Below, piece by piece: positions 10,224 to 20,512 of a stretch of 64,000 nt of DNA. The position numbers were made by a program, and so were the translations under genes. How positions within the stretch are numbered: position 1 is the stretch's first letter; each line of letters starts with the position of its first letter. The DNA is from Candidatus Latescibacterota bacterium (GTDB lineage: Bacteria > Latescibacterota > UBA2968 > GCA-2709665): NCBI GenBank assembly GCA_963667175.2, contig CAXXXF010000014.1, forward strand, positions 192,001 to 256,000. The letters are read 5' to 3'. The notes beneath the pieces are model-generated. The model was not told the origin of the DNA. It saw only the letters and a program-made list of their open reading frames with translations, and ran no database searches.

Positions 10224-11510
10224 TCAGTTTCCCGCGCGTTCGAGCGCTCGGTATCCGATGTCCCTCCGGTAGGTTGCATTATCGAACTGTATCTTCCCGA
10301 CCGCCTCGTACGCGCGACGGACCGAAGCCCGAATGTCCTCCCCGATGGCCGTAACGCCCAGAACCCGACCGCCGCCCGTCACCGTTGCCCCTTCACTCCG
10401 CGCCGTGCCCGCGTGGAACACCATCACGTCGTCCAGTGCTTCCGCCTCGTCCATGCCCGAAATGGCAACTCCCGTTTCAACCGCGCCGGGATACCCTCCG
10501 GAGGCCAGAACGACGCAGGTTGCGGCCCGGCTGTCCAGTTCGATCTCCAGGTCTTTCAGCGTGCCGTCGGACACCGCCACCATAATGTCGACAAGATCGG
10601 TCTTGAGCAGCGGCAGCACCACCTGCGCCTCCGGGTCGCCCAGACGGCAGTTGAATTCAATGACCCGGGGGCCGCGGTCCGTAATGATCAGGCCGCCATA
10701 GAGGATCCCCTTATAGGGCCGCCCCTCCGCGGCCAGCGCCTTCACGGTCGGAATCATCACGCGTTCCAGAATGGATTGCTGCATCTCCCGCGTCACCACG
10801 GGCGCCGGCGCGTACGCGCCCATTCCGCCCGTATTGGGGCCGGTATCGCCCTCGCCGATGGTCTTGTGGTCCTGCGACGGCACGATACACACCACGTGTT
10901 CACCGTCGCTAAACCCCGTAATCGACGCTTCCTCGCCCGCCAGATATTCCATAACGACCAGTTTATCTCCCGCGGCGCCGAATTCCCGGTCCACCATCAC
11001 CCGGTTCACGGCACGCAGCGCCTCGTCAACCGAAGTACACACCAGGGCGCCCTTTCCCGCGGCCAGACCCGATGCTTTCAACACCACCGGCGCCCCCCAA
11101 TCCCGCACGAACCCGCGCGCGGCGTCCGGGTCCGTAAACGTCCGATATTGGCCGGTTGGAACGTTGTATTTGCGCATCAGACGGAGCGCGAAATCCTTAT
11201 CGGCCTCAATTCGGGCGGCTTGCCGCGAGGGGCCGAACACGCGAAGGCCGACCGCTTCGAAACGGTCTACAAGCCCGTCCGCAAGCGGTTCCTCCGGCCC
11301 GACCACGGTCAGATCGATCCGCTCCCGCTGCGCGAATCCCACCAGACCGTCCAGATCGTTTACGCCGACGTCCACGCAGGTGGCATGTCTTGCCATTCCG
11401 GGATTGCCCGGAGCGGCATAGATGCCGGTCACTTTCGGACTCCGGGAGATCTTCCACGCAAACGCGTGCTCGCGGCCTCCCTTTCCCACAATCAGGACTT
11501 TCATTGGCAC
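10224..11510 (-). CDS. purD: Phosphoribosylamine--glycine ligase
   Basis: [54 protein letters not shown]. Confidence 0.97.
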   Translation of the reverse strand: MPMKVLIVGKGGREHAFAWKISRSPKVTGIYAAPGNPGMARHATCVDVGVNDLDGLVGFAQRERIDLTVVGPEEPLADGLVDRFEAVGLRVFGPSRQAARIEADKDFALRLMRKYNVPTGQYRTFTDPDAARGFVRDWGAPVVLKASGLAAGKGALVCTSVDEALRAVNRVMVDREFGAAGDKLVVMEYLAGEEASITGFSDGEHVVCIVPSQDHKTIGEGDTGPNTGGMGAYAPAPVVTREMQQSILERVMIPTVKALAAEGRPYKGILYGGLIITDRGPRVIEFNCRLGDPEAQVVLPLLKTDLVDIMVAVSDGTLKDLEIELDSRAATCVVLASGGYPGAVETGVAISGMDEAEALDDVMVFHAGTARSEGATVTGGGRVLGVTAIGEDIRASVRRAYEAVGKIQFDNATYRRDIGYRALERAGN

Positions 11511-11605
11511 GAATCCCCCGAATTCGAATTCATCTCTTCGCGGCGGCCCGGGCGCAACGGGGATGCATCTTCTTCGACGTCGCCCCGCGGGCCGCCCGGC
11601 AGTCG

Positions 11606-12340
11606 TTATGCCAACTCGTCTCCGGATCCATGCGCGATCACCGTTCCCAGGTCTTCGCCGTCCAGAATCCGGCCCATCGTCCCGCGCGTGTCAAAATCGA
11701 AAACATGGATGGGGAGCCGGTTGTCGCGGGCAAGTATCACCGCGGACTGGTCCAGCGCGCCCAGGTTTTCCCGCACGACGGTATCGTAGTCGACGCTGCG
11801 ATACAGGCGCGCCTCGGGACTCCTGTTCGGGTCGTCGGTGTAGACGCCGGCGGTCTTGTGTTTCGCGAAGAGAATGGCGTCGGCCCGAATTTCCAGGGCG
11901 CGCTGCACGCCGGGATAGTCCGTTGTCACGTACGGATTGCCGATGCCCCCGGCGAAGATCACGATATATCCCTTTTCGATATGGTGAATGGCGCGCAGCC
12001 GGATAAAGGGTTCGGCGACCGCGTTAATCGGAATTGCCGTCATCACGCGCACTTCGGCGTCGCTCCTGGCGGTCATCACGCCGCGCAACATCAGGCTGTT
12101 GACGATCGTACCCAGCATACCGATGTTGTGGGCTTCAGACTCTTCAATTCCCCATTGCGCGCCGAGCATCCCCCTGAATATGTTGCCGCCGCCAATGACG
12201 ACACCCACGCCGACGCCCATGCTGTGAACGGCCAGGATCTCATCCGCAATGTATTCCAAAGCGACCGGATCGAATCCGAATTCCCGATCGCCCGCGACGG
12301 CAGCGCCGCTCAATTTAAGCACAATTCGCCTGTATCTCAT
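11606..12340 (-). CDS. pyrH: UMP kinase (probably a paralog)
   Basis: VLKLSG, GGGNIFRG, IGMLGTIVN, GIGNPYVTTD, GVYTDDP. Confidence 0.85.
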   Translation of the reverse strand: MRYRRIVLKLSGAAVAGDREFGFDPVALEYIADEILAVHSMGVGVGVVIGGGNIFRGMLGAQWGIEESEAHNIGMLGTIVNSLMLRGVMTARSDAEVRVMTAIPINAVAEPFIRLRAIHHIEKGYIVIFAGGIGNPYVTTDYPGVQRALEIRADAILFAKHKTAGVYTDDPNRSPEARLYRSVDYDTVVRENLGALDQSAVILARDNRLPIHVFDFDTRGTMGRILDGEDLGTVIAHGSGDELA

Positions 12341-13109
12341 GATTCTGGTATACTCCGGGGCGCCAATGGGAAGAAAATGAGGGATGGTTAGTGGAACAGA
12401 ATGGTTCGGTCCCGGGACAGACGATGGGAACCGGTTATGCCGATATCACGCGGCGGCCCGATGGGGATATCGGGAGCGCCTGACGCGGAACGCCTCGCGG
12501 CGGCGCTGTCCTGGATGCCATACCGATTTAATATAGAACCGTCACGGCGCGTGTCAACGGAATTTAATTCCTCCCCATCGGCAAGTCACCGGCAACAGGC
12601 CTTCAAGGGGAGACGTAAGACGGGAGAGGAGATGAATACCCGTTCGTTCTATTTGACGTAACAACGATGGCTTCCGAGTCGGCACGGGCTACGTGACTCC
12701 CCGCCGTTTGATTGGGACGAAGGGAAATAGCAGGTGATTGGGAGCTTAGGCATTTCTCTTGCAGGTAGGCAATTGTCGAGTGGGTTGTCCGTCTGCAGGC
12801 GACCTGTCCGGCCGCGTTGGATTAACCGCGCCCGGACCAACCGGTTTTCCTTCTTCCTTCTTCCTTCTTCCCGTCTCACCGGTTTTGCGCTCCCCTCATA
12901 AGGCGAGCAGTTGCGTTTTTTCTTTCACGATTCACGCACATTCGTTACCTTGACTCGTGGCCCGACGCCGCACGGTTTGCTCAACGGAATGGGATTCGGA
13001 CGTCCGATTGACGTGTACAAATCGTTGGAATGTATATATTTCCACTGTTTGAACTGACCCTCGACGCGGCAAGACGTTAAAGTCGAACTCATCCGTTCAG
13101 GGAGGTGAC

Positions 13110-13919
13110 ATGCCCCGCCGAAAAGTTCTCGTCACCGGCGTATACGGCCTCATTCCCGGCGCCATTTACGAGCATCTGATCCAGTCGCCCGACGCGTACG
13201 ACGCCTACGCCCTCGCGCGCAGGCGCTATCCTTCCGACCGGGCGCCCGGGGGGCGGGTACTCAGCATCCCGGACGACAGATTTCACCTCGCGGACCTCTC
13301 CGATCCGGAGGCGGTGCAGAACGCCGTCAACGGCATGGACACGGTCGTCCAGATGGCCGCCGATCCCCGGCCCGATGCAAGTTGGGACAACATCCTGAAA
13401 AGCAACGTGATCGGCGCCTACAACGTGTTCGAAGCGTGCCGCGTCGCAGGAGTCCGGCGGATCATCTACGCAAGTTCCATCATGACCAACTGGGGATATC
13501 AGGACGACGAACCCTACAAGGCCATTAGAGAGTGCCGGTTCGACGAGGTTCCCGATCCCATTCCCATCGTTACGCACGAAGACCCCACGCGGCCCACGGA
13601 ACCCTATTCCGCCAGCAAGGTCTGGGGCGAAGCCCTGGCACGATTCTACGCCGACGTCCACGGGCTATCGTGTATATCCCTGCGGATCGGGGCGGTTAAC
13701 GCCGAAGACCGCCCGGCCAGCCCCGAACTTTCCGCGGTCTGGTGCAGCCAGCGCGACGTCGTGAAGATCACCGAGGACTGTATCAACGCGCCGGACGATC
13801 TCCGCTTCGATATCTTCTACAGCATCTCCAACAACAGGTACTGTTGGGTTGACATGGGCCATGTCAGGGACGTTCTGGGCTTTGTTCCTCAGGACAGCGC
13901 TGAAGACTACATCCCGTGA
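13110..13919 (+). CDS. NAD-dependent epimerase/dehydratase (uronate dehydrogenase-like)
   Basis: VLVTG..G.I, NVFEA, YASS, YSASKVWGE, LRIG motifs. Confidence 0.8.
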   Translation: MPRRKVLVTGVYGLIPGAIYEHLIQSPDAYDAYALARRRYPSDRAPGGRVLSIPDDRFHLADLSDPEAVQNAVNGMDTVVQMAADPRPDASWDNILKSNVIGAYNVFEACRVAGVRRIIYASSIMTNWGYQDDEPYKAIRECRFDEVPDPIPIVTHEDPTRPTEPYSASKVWGEALARFYADVHGLSCISLRIGAVNAEDRPASPELSAVWCSQRDVVKITEDCINAPDDLRFDIFYSISNNRYCWVDMGHVRDVLGFVPQDSAEDYIP

Positions 13920-14059
13920 CCGCATCTACGGTGATTCAGCCATTTTTCGCGTACACGGTGGCGGTCCCCCACGGCACAATCATCTACCGTTCGACCCGAT
14001 CTCAGCGTCATCGCGTCGGACCGGACGGTCGCCGCAGATAAATTCGAGGAACCGCTCGC

Positions 14060-15262
14060 ATGTCCACGCTGCGCATGGCCGTTGCCGGTGTCGGCGCCCA
14101 GCCGGGATCGCGCGCCAGGGGTTACCTGGCCACGATCCGCAAGCTGGCGCATCTCTACGACCTTTGCGCCATCTGCGACGCCGGCGAAGACGCCCTGCAC
14201 GCGGCGGGGGAATTGTTCGAAGTTCCGGCGCGCTATACGTGTATCGAAACGCTGCTCGATGAACAGAAACCGGACGTCTTTTTCGTTCTGCTCCCCACCG
14301 ACGGTCAGACGGTGGCGGCCCTCGCGGGCATTGCGCACGGTTGCCATATCGTCACCGAAATCCCCTATGCGCTCACGCTGGACGTGGGAGACGCGATCGA
14401 CCGCGCGGCAGGGGCAAAGGGACTGAAATGGGAAGTCGCTGAAAACGTCTGGCTCTGGCCCAGCGAACGGCTCAAACAGAAAATCGCGCGGGAAGGCGTC
14501 CTGGGCAGGCTCACCCATGCCCGGCTCCGGTATCCCGCGGGCAGTTACCACGGCCTGAACGCCGTTCGCGCGATTCTGGACAGCAGGCCCCGGCGCGCGA
14601 TGGGCTACGCCCAGGCCGTAGAGGTACCGCCCTACAAGAACTACGGCGGGGGTGACGAAACGGCCCGATGGTGGGAATCCGGCGTGATCGAATTCGAAAA
14701 CGACGTGGCGTGCATCTACGAGATGCCCACCGCCCCCGGCGCCGCTTCCGGCATGAACTGGGACATCGAAGGTCTGAACGGCTACCTCTCGGGCGGCGAA
14801 TTGACGCTTTACAACCCCGCCGGGCGCGAGACCTATCCCATTCGCGAAATCTATGAGGAAGTCGATGGAGAACGGGTCCTGGCGAGGGTTCAGGTGGACA
14901 CGGACCCTCCAGTCGCCTGGGACAATCCCTACAAGCCGTACAGGGTCTCCAGCCAGGACGACGTGGCCAAAGCCGCCATCCTCGAGAGTCTTCATACGGC
15001 CGTCACCCGCAATACAAACCCGCAATACGGCGCCGCCGGTGGCCGGCTGGACTACGAAACGTGGGTGGCGCTGCGGGAAAGCGCGGACGTGGGGGGCGGC
15101 TGGGTCGACGTCCCGCTGAATGCAGCCACGGGCCTGGAGGAACGGATCCGTGCCGAATTCATGCGCACCTACGGGGGCGACCCTGTGGCGGATGCCCGGA
15201 GACTCGTCAACGCGCCCTTCGGGCGGCTGAGCGCCATGTGGACCGTCGCGGGATGGCTGTAG
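14060..15262 (+). CDS. Gfo/Idh/MocA family oxidoreductase
   Basis: N-terminal Rossmann fold (VAGVG), TEIP variant of EKP, VAEN. Confidence 0.75.
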   Translation: MSTLRMAVAGVGAQPGSRARGYLATIRKLAHLYDLCAICDAGEDALHAAGELFEVPARYTCIETLLDEQKPDVFFVLLPTDGQTVAALAGIAHGCHIVTEIPYALTLDVGDAIDRAAGAKGLKWEVAENVWLWPSERLKQKIAREGVLGRLTHARLRYPAGSYHGLNAVRAILDSRPRRAMGYAQAVEVPPYKNYGGGDETARWWESGVIEFENDVACIYEMPTAPGAASGMNWDIEGLNGYLSGGELTLYNPAGRETYPIREIYEEVDGERVLARVQVDTDPPVAWDNPYKPYRVSSQDDVAKAAILESLHTAVTRNTNPQYGAAGGRLDYETWVALRESADVGGGWVDVPLNAATGLEERIRAEFMRTYGGDPVADARRLVNAPFGRLSAMWTVAGWL

Positions 15263-15353
15263 TGGACGCGATCACGCGGCGAAAGGGCGGCGGATTCATG
15301 TCGTTTCTCTTCCCGCGTTGCGGGGTCGTCCGTCGATCCGGAGGCGTTCGTCC

Positions 15354-16121
15354 ATGAACAGGTCCGGAAGGCTGGCGCTGGTCACCGGCGCCGCCAGCGG
15401 CATCGGCAGAGCGATTGCGGAAAGGTTCTCAAACGAAGGTGATCGGATTATCGCCCTGGACCGTTCGGAGCGCGCCCTCGAAGAACTGGCCGGGCGGATT
15501 TGCGGAGTCATTCCGTGCGTCTTCGACCTGAACGATCTGGAGTCCATACCGGAACTGGTGGCGGGCGTCGCAAGAGAGAACGGCGCCATTGACGTACTTG
15601 TGAACAATGCCGGGGCCTGGTGCTATGAACCCCTGGTCGACATCGCCCTCGACCGCTGGGAGGAGATCTACCGGATCAATGCGACCGCGCCATTCATCCT
15701 TACGCGGGAGGTCGCACCCGGCATGATCGAACGCGGCGACGGGGTTGTCGTCAATATTGCGTCCCGAAATGCAATGGTATCCAGCAAGGGCTCCGCGGCG
15801 TACGATTCCTCCAAAGCGGCGCTGGTCGCCTTTACCCGGACCGCCGCGGGAGAATTCGCGTCGCACAACGTACGCGTCAACGCGATCTGCCCCGGCGTGA
15901 TCAACACGCCGGCGAACGACGACCTGCTGGACGACAGGGAGACCCTGGACAATTACCTCAAGCTCATTCCTCAGGGCCGCTACGGTGAACCGGAAGAAAT
16001 CGCGGGTATTGCATACTTTCTCACCACTCAAGACGCCCGGTTCATTACCGGACAGACGCTTGTCGCGGACGGTGGACAGATGGCATTCTCGGACTGGAAG
16101 AGGCTCTTCGACAAGCCATGA
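15354..16121 (+). CDS. SDR family oxidoreductase
   Basis: TGAASGIG, NNAG, YDSSK, RVNAICPG. Confidence 0.92.
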   Translation: MNRSGRLALVTGAASGIGRAIAERFSNEGDRIIALDRSERALEELAGRICGVIPCVFDLNDLESIPELVAGVARENGAIDVLVNNAGAWCYEPLVDIALDRWEEIYRINATAPFILTREVAPGMIERGDGVVVNIASRNAMVSSKGSAAYDSSKAALVAFTRTAAGEFASHNVRVNAICPGVINTPANDDLLDDRETLDNYLKLIPQGRYGEPEEIAGIAYFLTTQDARFITGQTLVADGGQMAFSDWKRLFDKP

Positions 16122-16162
16122 TAATGATGCCGAACAGCAACTTGCACTGAGAGAGGACAGAT

Positions 16163-16930
16163 ATGAGTCACCGGCAATTCACCGGCAAAGTCGCGATCGT
16201 AACCGGCGCCAGCAGCGGGATCGGCCGGGCCGTCGCACTCGCCCTGGCGAACGAGGGCGCATCGGTCATGGCCACCTACAACAGCAACAAGGCCGGCGCG
16301 GACGCGCTCAAAGCAGACGCCTCGACGTCGGAGGGCCGCGTCGAGACCGTAAGGACCGACGTCTGCAGCGCCGGAGACGTCCAGCGCCTGGTGGACCACA
16401 CCCTCGAACGCTTTGGCGGGCGACTGGATGTACTGATCAACAACGCCGGTCAGTGGATGGACAAGGTGTCCATTGCGGAGTGCCCGGACGACGTGTGGGA
16501 CCACATCATCAACGTCAACCTGAAGAGTGTTTTCCTTTGCTGTCGCGCGGCCATTCCCGCCTTGCAAGAGCAGGGTGGCGGGACCATCGTCAATATCTCG
16601 TCGGTGGCCGGTCATACCGGAGGGGGAGGAGGCACCCTGCCTTACGGCACGGCGAAGGGCGGCGTCAATACCTTCACACGGGGACTCGCTAAAGAGCTTG
16701 CACCGTTCGACATCCGGGTCAACGCGCTCGCGCCGGGCGTGATCGACACGCCGATGCAGCACCGGCACTCCACAGCGGAGCAACTTGCATCCTTTGGAGA
16801 AGCCACACCGCTGAAACGGGTCGGCCGACCCGAGGAAATGGTCGGCGCCGTGCTGCTCCTCGCATCGGACCAGGGCAGCTTCATCACAGGCGAAATCATC
16901 GACGCCAACGGAGGGATCTACATACGCTGA
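16163..16930 (+). CDS. SDR family oxidoreductase
   Basis: TGASSGIG, NNAG, YGTAK, RVNALAPG. Confidence 0.92.
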   Translation: MSHRQFTGKVAIVTGASSGIGRAVALALANEGASVMATYNSNKAGADALKADASTSEGRVETVRTDVCSAGDVQRLVDHTLERFGGRLDVLINNAGQWMDKVSIAECPDDVWDHIINVNLKSVFLCCRAAIPALQEQGGGTIVNISSVAGHTGGGGGTLPYGTAKGGVNTFTRGLAKELAPFDIRVNALAPGVIDTPMQHRHSTAEQLASFGEATPLKRVGRPEEMVGAVLLLASDQGSFITGEIIDANGGIYIR

Positions 16931-17058
16931 CCACGAACGGCGTCGGCCGCCGGTCCCCGATATCCTGTTGCGGAATTCCGGCTACCACACGACCCGATTC
17001 GATTCCAATTCGCCGGTATCCTGCTACGTAAATACACCCAGCCAGACGGGAGACACCA

Positions 17059-17979
17059 ATGAGAACAGGATGGATATTGCTTGTATCGCTGCTTTTTATC
17101 GCATGCGAAGCAGACAAGAATGAACTGGCAACCGAAAACGAGAGATCCAGCTACAGCCTGGGATTCACGATTGGGAAGGACGTTGTCAGAGGTCTGGAAA
17201 AACTCTCGCTGGTTCTCAATGCGGATTCGTATTGCAAAGGCGTTATGGAAGCGGCGGCGGGCGGGGGAACACTCTATACCCGGGAAGAAATCGAGCAGAC
17301 GCTCCAGGCGTTCCAGAAAGAAAAAGCGGTGTCGGACAATGATAAACTCAACTACTCTCTTGGGTATGCGATGGCCAGGGACGTCGTGGAAGGGCTTCGG
17401 CGAAACGGTGGTCTGGATGTCGATCCCAATGCGTTCTCTCTGGGTGTCCGCGACTGTATCATGAAAACAGAATCCCGGATGACCAGCGAGGAGATCGAAG
17501 CCGCAATGGCTTCATTGAAGCAGAAAACGATCGAAAGGCAACGGGCGCAGATGAAGGCGCGGGGCCCGAGACCCAACATTGGAGAAATGGCAATGAAGAA
17601 CAAAGAGGAGGGCAGGCTGTTCCTGGTGGAAAACAAGTCAAAGGACGGCGTCACTGAACTCCCCAGCGGGCTGCAGTATAAGATGACCAGAGAGGGTACC
17701 GGGAAGTCGCCCTCCGCCACCGACAAGGTGACGGTGCACTACCGGGGCACGCTCCTCGACGGCGCCGAATTCGACAGCTCCATCAAACGCGGAAAACCGG
17801 CCACGTTCCCGCTCAAAGGCGTCATCCGGGGCTGGACGGAGGGACTGCAGCTGATGAAGGAAGGCGCGAAATACGTCTTCTACATTCCTTCCCAACTTGC
17901 CTACGGCGACCGCAGCATTCCCAGAATCCCGCCCGGCTCGACGCTCATCTTCGAGGTTGAGTTACTGAAGGTCAATTGA
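17059..17979 (+). CDS. FKBP-type peptidyl-prolyl isomerase (FkpA/Mip-like lipoprotein) with duplicated N-terminal domain
   Basis: Lipobox FIAC; two SYSLG/NYSLG helices; SGLQY, VHYRG, FDSS, VIRGWTEGLQLM, IPPGSTLIFEVEL. Confidence 0.92.
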   Translation: MRTGWILLVSLLFIACEADKNELATENERSSYSLGFTIGKDVVRGLEKLSLVLNADSYCKGVMEAAAGGGTLYTREEIEQTLQAFQKEKAVSDNDKLNYSLGYAMARDVVEGLRRNGGLDVDPNAFSLGVRDCIMKTESRMTSEEIEAAMASLKQKTIERQRAQMKARGPRPNIGEMAMKNKEEGRLFLVENKSKDGVTELPSGLQYKMTREGTGKSPSATDKVTVHYRGTLLDGAEFDSSIKRGKPATFPLKGVIRGWTEGLQLMKEGAKYVFYIPSQLAYGDRSIPRIPPGSTLIFEVELLKVN

Positions 17980-18186
17980 GAACCGGCGCAGCAGTCCGCA
18001 CAGCGGGAAGTTCCACGATCTGTCGGGAAATAAAGCGGTTACGCCACAAAGGACACGATATGTACTTCAGCAACTTTCAATAAATCTGTTGTGGACAATG
18101 ACGTTTTTTATTACATTTCGCGTTTCGATACCTGATGTAATCTGAAACGTTCGCTCCCGCCCGCGGGGGCGCGAAGGAGGTACGAG

Positions 18187-18438
18187 TTGCCCACGCTTAA
18201 GTCGTCCCACAAGAGGCTCCGGCAGAACCGAAGGGCCCGGCTACGCAATCGAAGCGCGCGTTCCGCTCTGAGAACCGTCTTAAAAAAGGCGGCGAATACC
18301 AGTGACAGAGGGGAAATGGAAGCGTTGATGCCACAGGCGGTATCGGTCATAGACAAAAGCGTAAGGAAGGGTGTCCTGCATCGAAACACCGCTGCCAGGT
18401 ACAAATCCGACCTCGCGCGACGCGCAAATGCCCTGTAG
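18187..18438 (+). CDS. rpsT: 30S ribosomal protein S20
   Basis: MPTLKSSHKRLRQ...DKSVRKGVLHRNTAARYKS; TTG start after AAGGAGGT. Confidence 0.95.
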   Translation: MPTLKSSHKRLRQNRRARLRNRSARSALRTVLKKAANTSDRGEMEALMPQAVSVIDKSVRKGVLHRNTAARYKSDLARRANAL

Positions 18439-18456
18439 ACGACCTTTCCTAAACAG

Positions 18457-18498
18457 AAACGCGCCCGGTGTCTATTGAGACACCGGGCGCGTTTTTTT
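18457..18498. terminator. Bidirectional terminator between rpsT and cysK
   Basis: AAACGCGCCCGGTGTCT-loop-AGACACCGGGCGCGTTT with a T tract. Confidence 0.85.
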
Positions 18499-18507
18499 CG
18501 GACCCGT

Positions 18508-19434
18508 TCACGCAAAGAGATAGGCGTCCATATAACGTTCGCCGGTATCCGGCAGGATCACGACCACACGTTCATCCGGCGACATCGGGCGGGCGATCGC
18601 TGCGGCCGCATGGGCCGCGGCGCCGGAGGAGATGCCGGCCAGGATGCCCTCTTCTCTCGCCAACCTGCGCGACATCCGGCGGGCCTGTATATTGGTAACC
18701 GGCATGACGCGGTCCAGGATATCCACATTGAGAACGTCGGGGACCATCCCGGCGCCAAGCCCGTCGATTTCCGTGGGTCCGGGTTGCCCGCCGGACAGTA
18801 CCGCGGAATCCTGGGGTTCGACGCCGACAACGCAGGTTTCCGGAAATTTCGCTTTCAGGACCTCACCCACGCCGGTGACCGTCCCTCCAGTACCCACGCC
18901 CGCGACGAAGACGTCGGGCGCGCCATCCATCTGCCGCAGGATCTCCCGCGCGGTCGTTCGGCGGTGCACGTCCGGATTGGCCGGATTCTCGAACTGTTGA
19001 GGCAGATAACATTCCGTACCGTCCTCGACCAGCTCCAGCGCTTTCTGGATGGCGCCCTGCATCCCGTCGTAGGCCGACGTCAACACAACCTCGGCGCCCA
19101 GCGCCCTGAGCAGCTTCTGGCGTTCGTCGCTGACGCCCTCCGGCATGGTAATCGTCAGCCGGTACCCCTTCACGGCGGCCACCATCGCCAGCCCGATGCC
19201 CGTGTTCCCGCTGGTCGGCTCAATGATTCTCATTCCGGGCTTCAGATCGCCGCGCGCTTCGGCAGCCTCGATCATGGCCAGCGCCGTCCGGTCTTTTACG
19301 CTGCCCGCCGGATTGAATGCCTCCAGCTTGGCCCACACGTCGGCGCCCTCAGGGCGCGCGACCCGGTTCAGCCGGACCATGGGCGTCGCGCCGATGAGAT
19401 CCAGAATGTTGTCGCCCTTCCTGAGGGAATCCAT
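18508..19434 (-). CDS. cysK: Cysteine synthase A
   Basis: KLEAFNPAGSVKDR, EPTSGNTG, QQFENPAN, GVGTGGT, GISSGA, PDTGERY. Confidence 0.93.
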   Translation of the reverse strand: MDSLRKGDNILDLIGATPMVRLNRVARPEGADVWAKLEAFNPAGSVKDRTALAMIEAAEARGDLKPGMRIIEPTSGNTGIGLAMVAAVKGYRLTITMPEGVSDERQKLLRALGAEVVLTSAYDGMQGAIQKALELVEDGTECYLPQQFENPANPDVHRRTTAREILRQMDGAPDVFVAGVGTGGTVTGVGEVLKAKFPETCVVGVEPQDSAVLSGGQPGPTEIDGLGAGMVPDVLNVDILDRVMPVTNIQARRMSRRLAREEGILAGISSGAAAHAAAAIARPMSPDERVVVILPDTGERYMDAYLFA

Positions 19435-19472
19435 TGGGTGGGTCCTGGAGGCGGGAAGAATCGTCCGGACTG

Positions 19473-19901
19473 CTATATCCGAAAGACAATACGCCCGCTT
19501 TTGGTTCGATATTTCGCGCAGAGGTCGCCGAAGGTGACCGAGTCCAGGACTTCCTCAACGGCTGCCTCCAGACTTTCATAGACTTCCCGCAAAACGTCCT
19601 TCGTCCCGTGCTCGCCTTCCGGCGTTTCTCCGGCAAGCTGGACCGGACCCTCGAGGACCTCCAGGACCGCCCCCACGGTAATGTCTTCGGGCTGACGAAT
19701 CAGTTCGTGGCCGCCCCTTGGACCTCTGACGCTCCGCACCAGCCCGGCATTGCGCAGCAGATTCAGCAGTTGTGCAAGATAGGACTCCGGAATGTCCTGT
19801 CTGGTCGCGATATCCGCACTCTGCACGACCCCCTCGCCGTAATGCAGCGCCAGATCCAGAACGGCCCGCATTCCGTAATTGCCCTTCGAGGAAATTTGCA
19901 T
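19473..19901 (-). CDS. Rrf2 family regulator (CymR-like, no Fe-S Cys triad)
   Basis: SSKGNYG, YLAQLL..LR.AGLVRSVRGPRGG; no Cys in the cluster-binding loop. Confidence 0.9.
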   Translation of the reverse strand: MQISSKGNYGMRAVLDLALHYGEGVVQSADIATRQDIPESYLAQLLNLLRNAGLVRSVRGPRGGHELIRQPEDITVGAVLEVLEGPVQLAGETPEGEHGTKDVLREVYESLEAAVEEVLDSVTFGDLCAKYRTKSGRIVFRI

Positions 19902-19945
19902 CGTCGGCCTCCGAACAGCCTGGCGGAGATGGACCCCGGCGCTAA

Positions 19946-20230
19946 TCAACGTCGCCCTCCGGCGATAGCCGGAACAATGGTTACGCTGTCGCCTTCTTTG
20001 AGCGGCGTCTCCGTACCCTCGAGAAAACGGACGTCCTCGTCGTTGACGTACACGTTCACGAACCGGCGCAGCCCGCCGGTGCCCGCATCGACCAGGTTTT
20101 CCTTGATGCCCGGATGTCTGGCTTCCAGGTCGTCGAGCAATTCGCCCAGTGTCGAGCCGCTGGCTTCAACGTCCGCGCGGTCGCCCGTGAATTTTCGCAA
20201 CGGCGTCGGAATTCGTACGGTCAAGCCCAT
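19946..20230 (-). CDS. Ubiquitin-like sulfur carrier (CysO/MoaD/SAMP family)
   Basis: VRIPTPLR, LRRFVNVYVNDEDVRFL, VPAIAGG followed by RR-stop; AGGAGG RBS. Confidence 0.92.
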   Translation of the reverse strand: MGLTVRIPTPLRKFTGDRADVEASGSTLGELLDDLEARHPGIKENLVDAGTGGLRRFVNVYVNDEDVRFLEGTETPLKEGDSVTIVPAIAGGRR

Positions 20231-20307
20231 CGTCCAAGCCTCCTGATTGTGGTTGATCTGAATAGCCGAAATTAATCTCAATTCGAATAAATACAACCGT
20301 TAAATTG

Positions 20308-20444
20308 GCCACAAAAAACACAAAGAACACATAAGGTACTGGCGCCAAACGGCTTGTGTCGTAACACCGTGACCCTGCAGGGTTTTCCATGTCTTTCGGT
20401 TATACGCCCTGCAACAGAATCGCTGTTTTTGTGCCTCTTGTGGC
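20308..20444. repeat. Short element bounded by inverted 9-mer-type repeats (CCACAAAAAACACAAAGAACACA / TTTTGTGCCTCTTGTGG)
   Basis: Visible imperfect inverted ends in the mec-cysO spacer. Confidence 0.45.
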
Positions 20445-20512
20445 GATTTATCGCACGTTTTTCCGGTGCGCGCCGTTTTTTTGTTCCGCGAGACGCACCC
20501 GCGATCCTGGTC

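Noticed and set aside
11520-11606. Possible ZMP/ZTP (pfl) riboswitch before purD
   Set aside because: Only a GC-rich hairpin with CGCCCGGGC; the conserved GACTGGCG/GTGG/CCAC core is missing.
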